64,000 nucleotides of DNA from Solirubrobacteraceae bacterium (GTDB lineage: Bacteria; Actinomycetota; Thermoleophilia; Solirubrobacterales; Solirubrobacteraceae). Numbering within the stretch: position 1 is the stretch's first letter; every line of letters starts with the position of its first letter. The translations under genes were made by a program, and so were the position numbers. Positions 63,410 through 64,000 of this stretch are shown in pieces. The notes beneath the pieces are model-generated. The model was not told the origin of the DNA and made no database searches. It saw only the letters and a program-made list of their open reading frames with translations. The stretch lies in the NCBI GenBank assembly GCA_049591495.1, contig JBAWFB010000040.1:3752-67751 (forward strand), given 5' to 3'.

Positions 63410-64000
63410 AGTACCGCACATCCGCGGCATTCCGTACAGCGCTCGAGGCACGGCTTAAGGTGGCGCAACACGACGGCGTCGGCTTGACGCGACTCCGCAA
63501 GCGTGTGGTGTTCGAGCGCCTGCTGGCGCGACTGTATGCCGTGGCGCCGGATGCCTGGGTACTCAAGGGAGGGTTCGCGCTCGAGTTGCGGCTCGGTGCC
63601 CAGGCCCGCACCACCAAGGACGTCGACGTCGACTGGGCGATCGGCGAGGGCGAGGCAATCGAATTGCTCCTGGATGTCGCGACCATGACGCTCGATGACC
63701 GCTTTGAGTTCGCGGTCGAGCGCTCGCAGGTGGATGACGACCTGCCGGGAGGCGGCCAGCGCTGGACAGCTGCCGCGACGCTCGCCGGGCGCGAGTTCGA
63801 GCGCGTAGCCATCGACATCGGGTTTGCCGTAAAGCCCGTGCTCGAGCCGGAGACCATCGCCTCCTCTCACCTGCTGGACTTCGCGGACATAGCGCCCGTC
63901 CGCATTCCCGCGGTCGCGATCGAGCAACACGTCGCCGAGAAGCTCCACGCCTACACCAGGACCCATGCCGCAGGCGTGCCCAGCTCGCGAGTCAAGGACC
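63406..64000 (+). CDS. AbiEii/AbiGii-family nucleotidyltransferase toxin (3' end beyond window)
   Basis: My own translation from GTG 63406 gives VKYRTSAAFRTALEARL...RKRVVFERLLARL...WVLKGGFALELRLGAQARTTKDVDVD, which is the NTase GG...D.D pattern. The frame stays open to the window end, so it is absent from the ORF track. Confidence 0.75.
   Translation, partial: MKYRTSAAFRTALEARLKVAQHDGVGLTRLRKRVVFERLLARLYAVAPDAWVLKGGFALELRLGAQARTTKDVDVDWAIGEGEAIELLLDVATMTLDDRFEFAVERSQVDDDLPGGGQRWTAAATLAGREFERVAIDIGFAVKPVLEPETIASSHLLDFADIAPVRIPAVAIEQHVAEKLHAYTRTHAAGVPSSRVKD

Overview
This is a 64-kb, high-G+C, densely coding bacterial chromosome segment with actinobacterial-style gene content; the lineage cannot be fixed from sequence alone. 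I call about 58 protein genes, one tRNA-Ser(CGA), one frameshifted pseudogene, three tandem repeats and two hairpin terminators. I see no rRNA, CRISPR, transposase or integrase. Layout: (i) 1-15.4 kb is a Wzx/Wzy-type exopolysaccharide (EPS) locus with a PHP tyrosine phosphatase, Wzz/BY-kinase, Wzy-like polymerase, flippase, several GT2/GT4 glycosyltransferases, a NodB deacetylase and a secreted beta-helix protein. (ii) 15.4-29.4 kb is the most unusual part. Four Fem/CelD-like transferase paralogues sit next to a tightly overlapping minus-strand operon: AcpS, carrier protein, acyl-CoA-dehydrogenase-like, tRNA-synthetase-like amino acid:carrier-protein ligase, DUF1839-like, GH2 and a fused double alpha/beta hydrolase, with a divergent BKACE enzyme. 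I interpret this as a candidate tRNA-independent aminoacyl/acyl decoration system for the polysaccharide. (iii) Methyltransferase, GT4, S8 protease, tadA, tRNA-Ser. (iv) A Cu(I) P1B-type ATPase with an extra C-terminal domain, plus three accessory membrane proteins. (v) A collagen-like secreted protein next to GtrB/GtrA/methyltransferase genes. (vi) Two paralogous GGDEF+HD-GYP proteins flanking a GH76. (vii) MFS transporter, O-methyltransferase, a crcB pair and a triple-DUF190 fusion. (viii) A visibly more A/T-rich patch of secreted proteins, including a gene broken by a 19-bp tandem duplication. (ix) cydAB, an acylphosphatase-LigD-phosphoesterase fusion, an O-methyltransferase and an AbiEi/AbiEii toxin-antitoxin pair cut by the window end. 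All family calls rest on motifs I can read in the translations. No database search was run, and family accession numbers are from memory.
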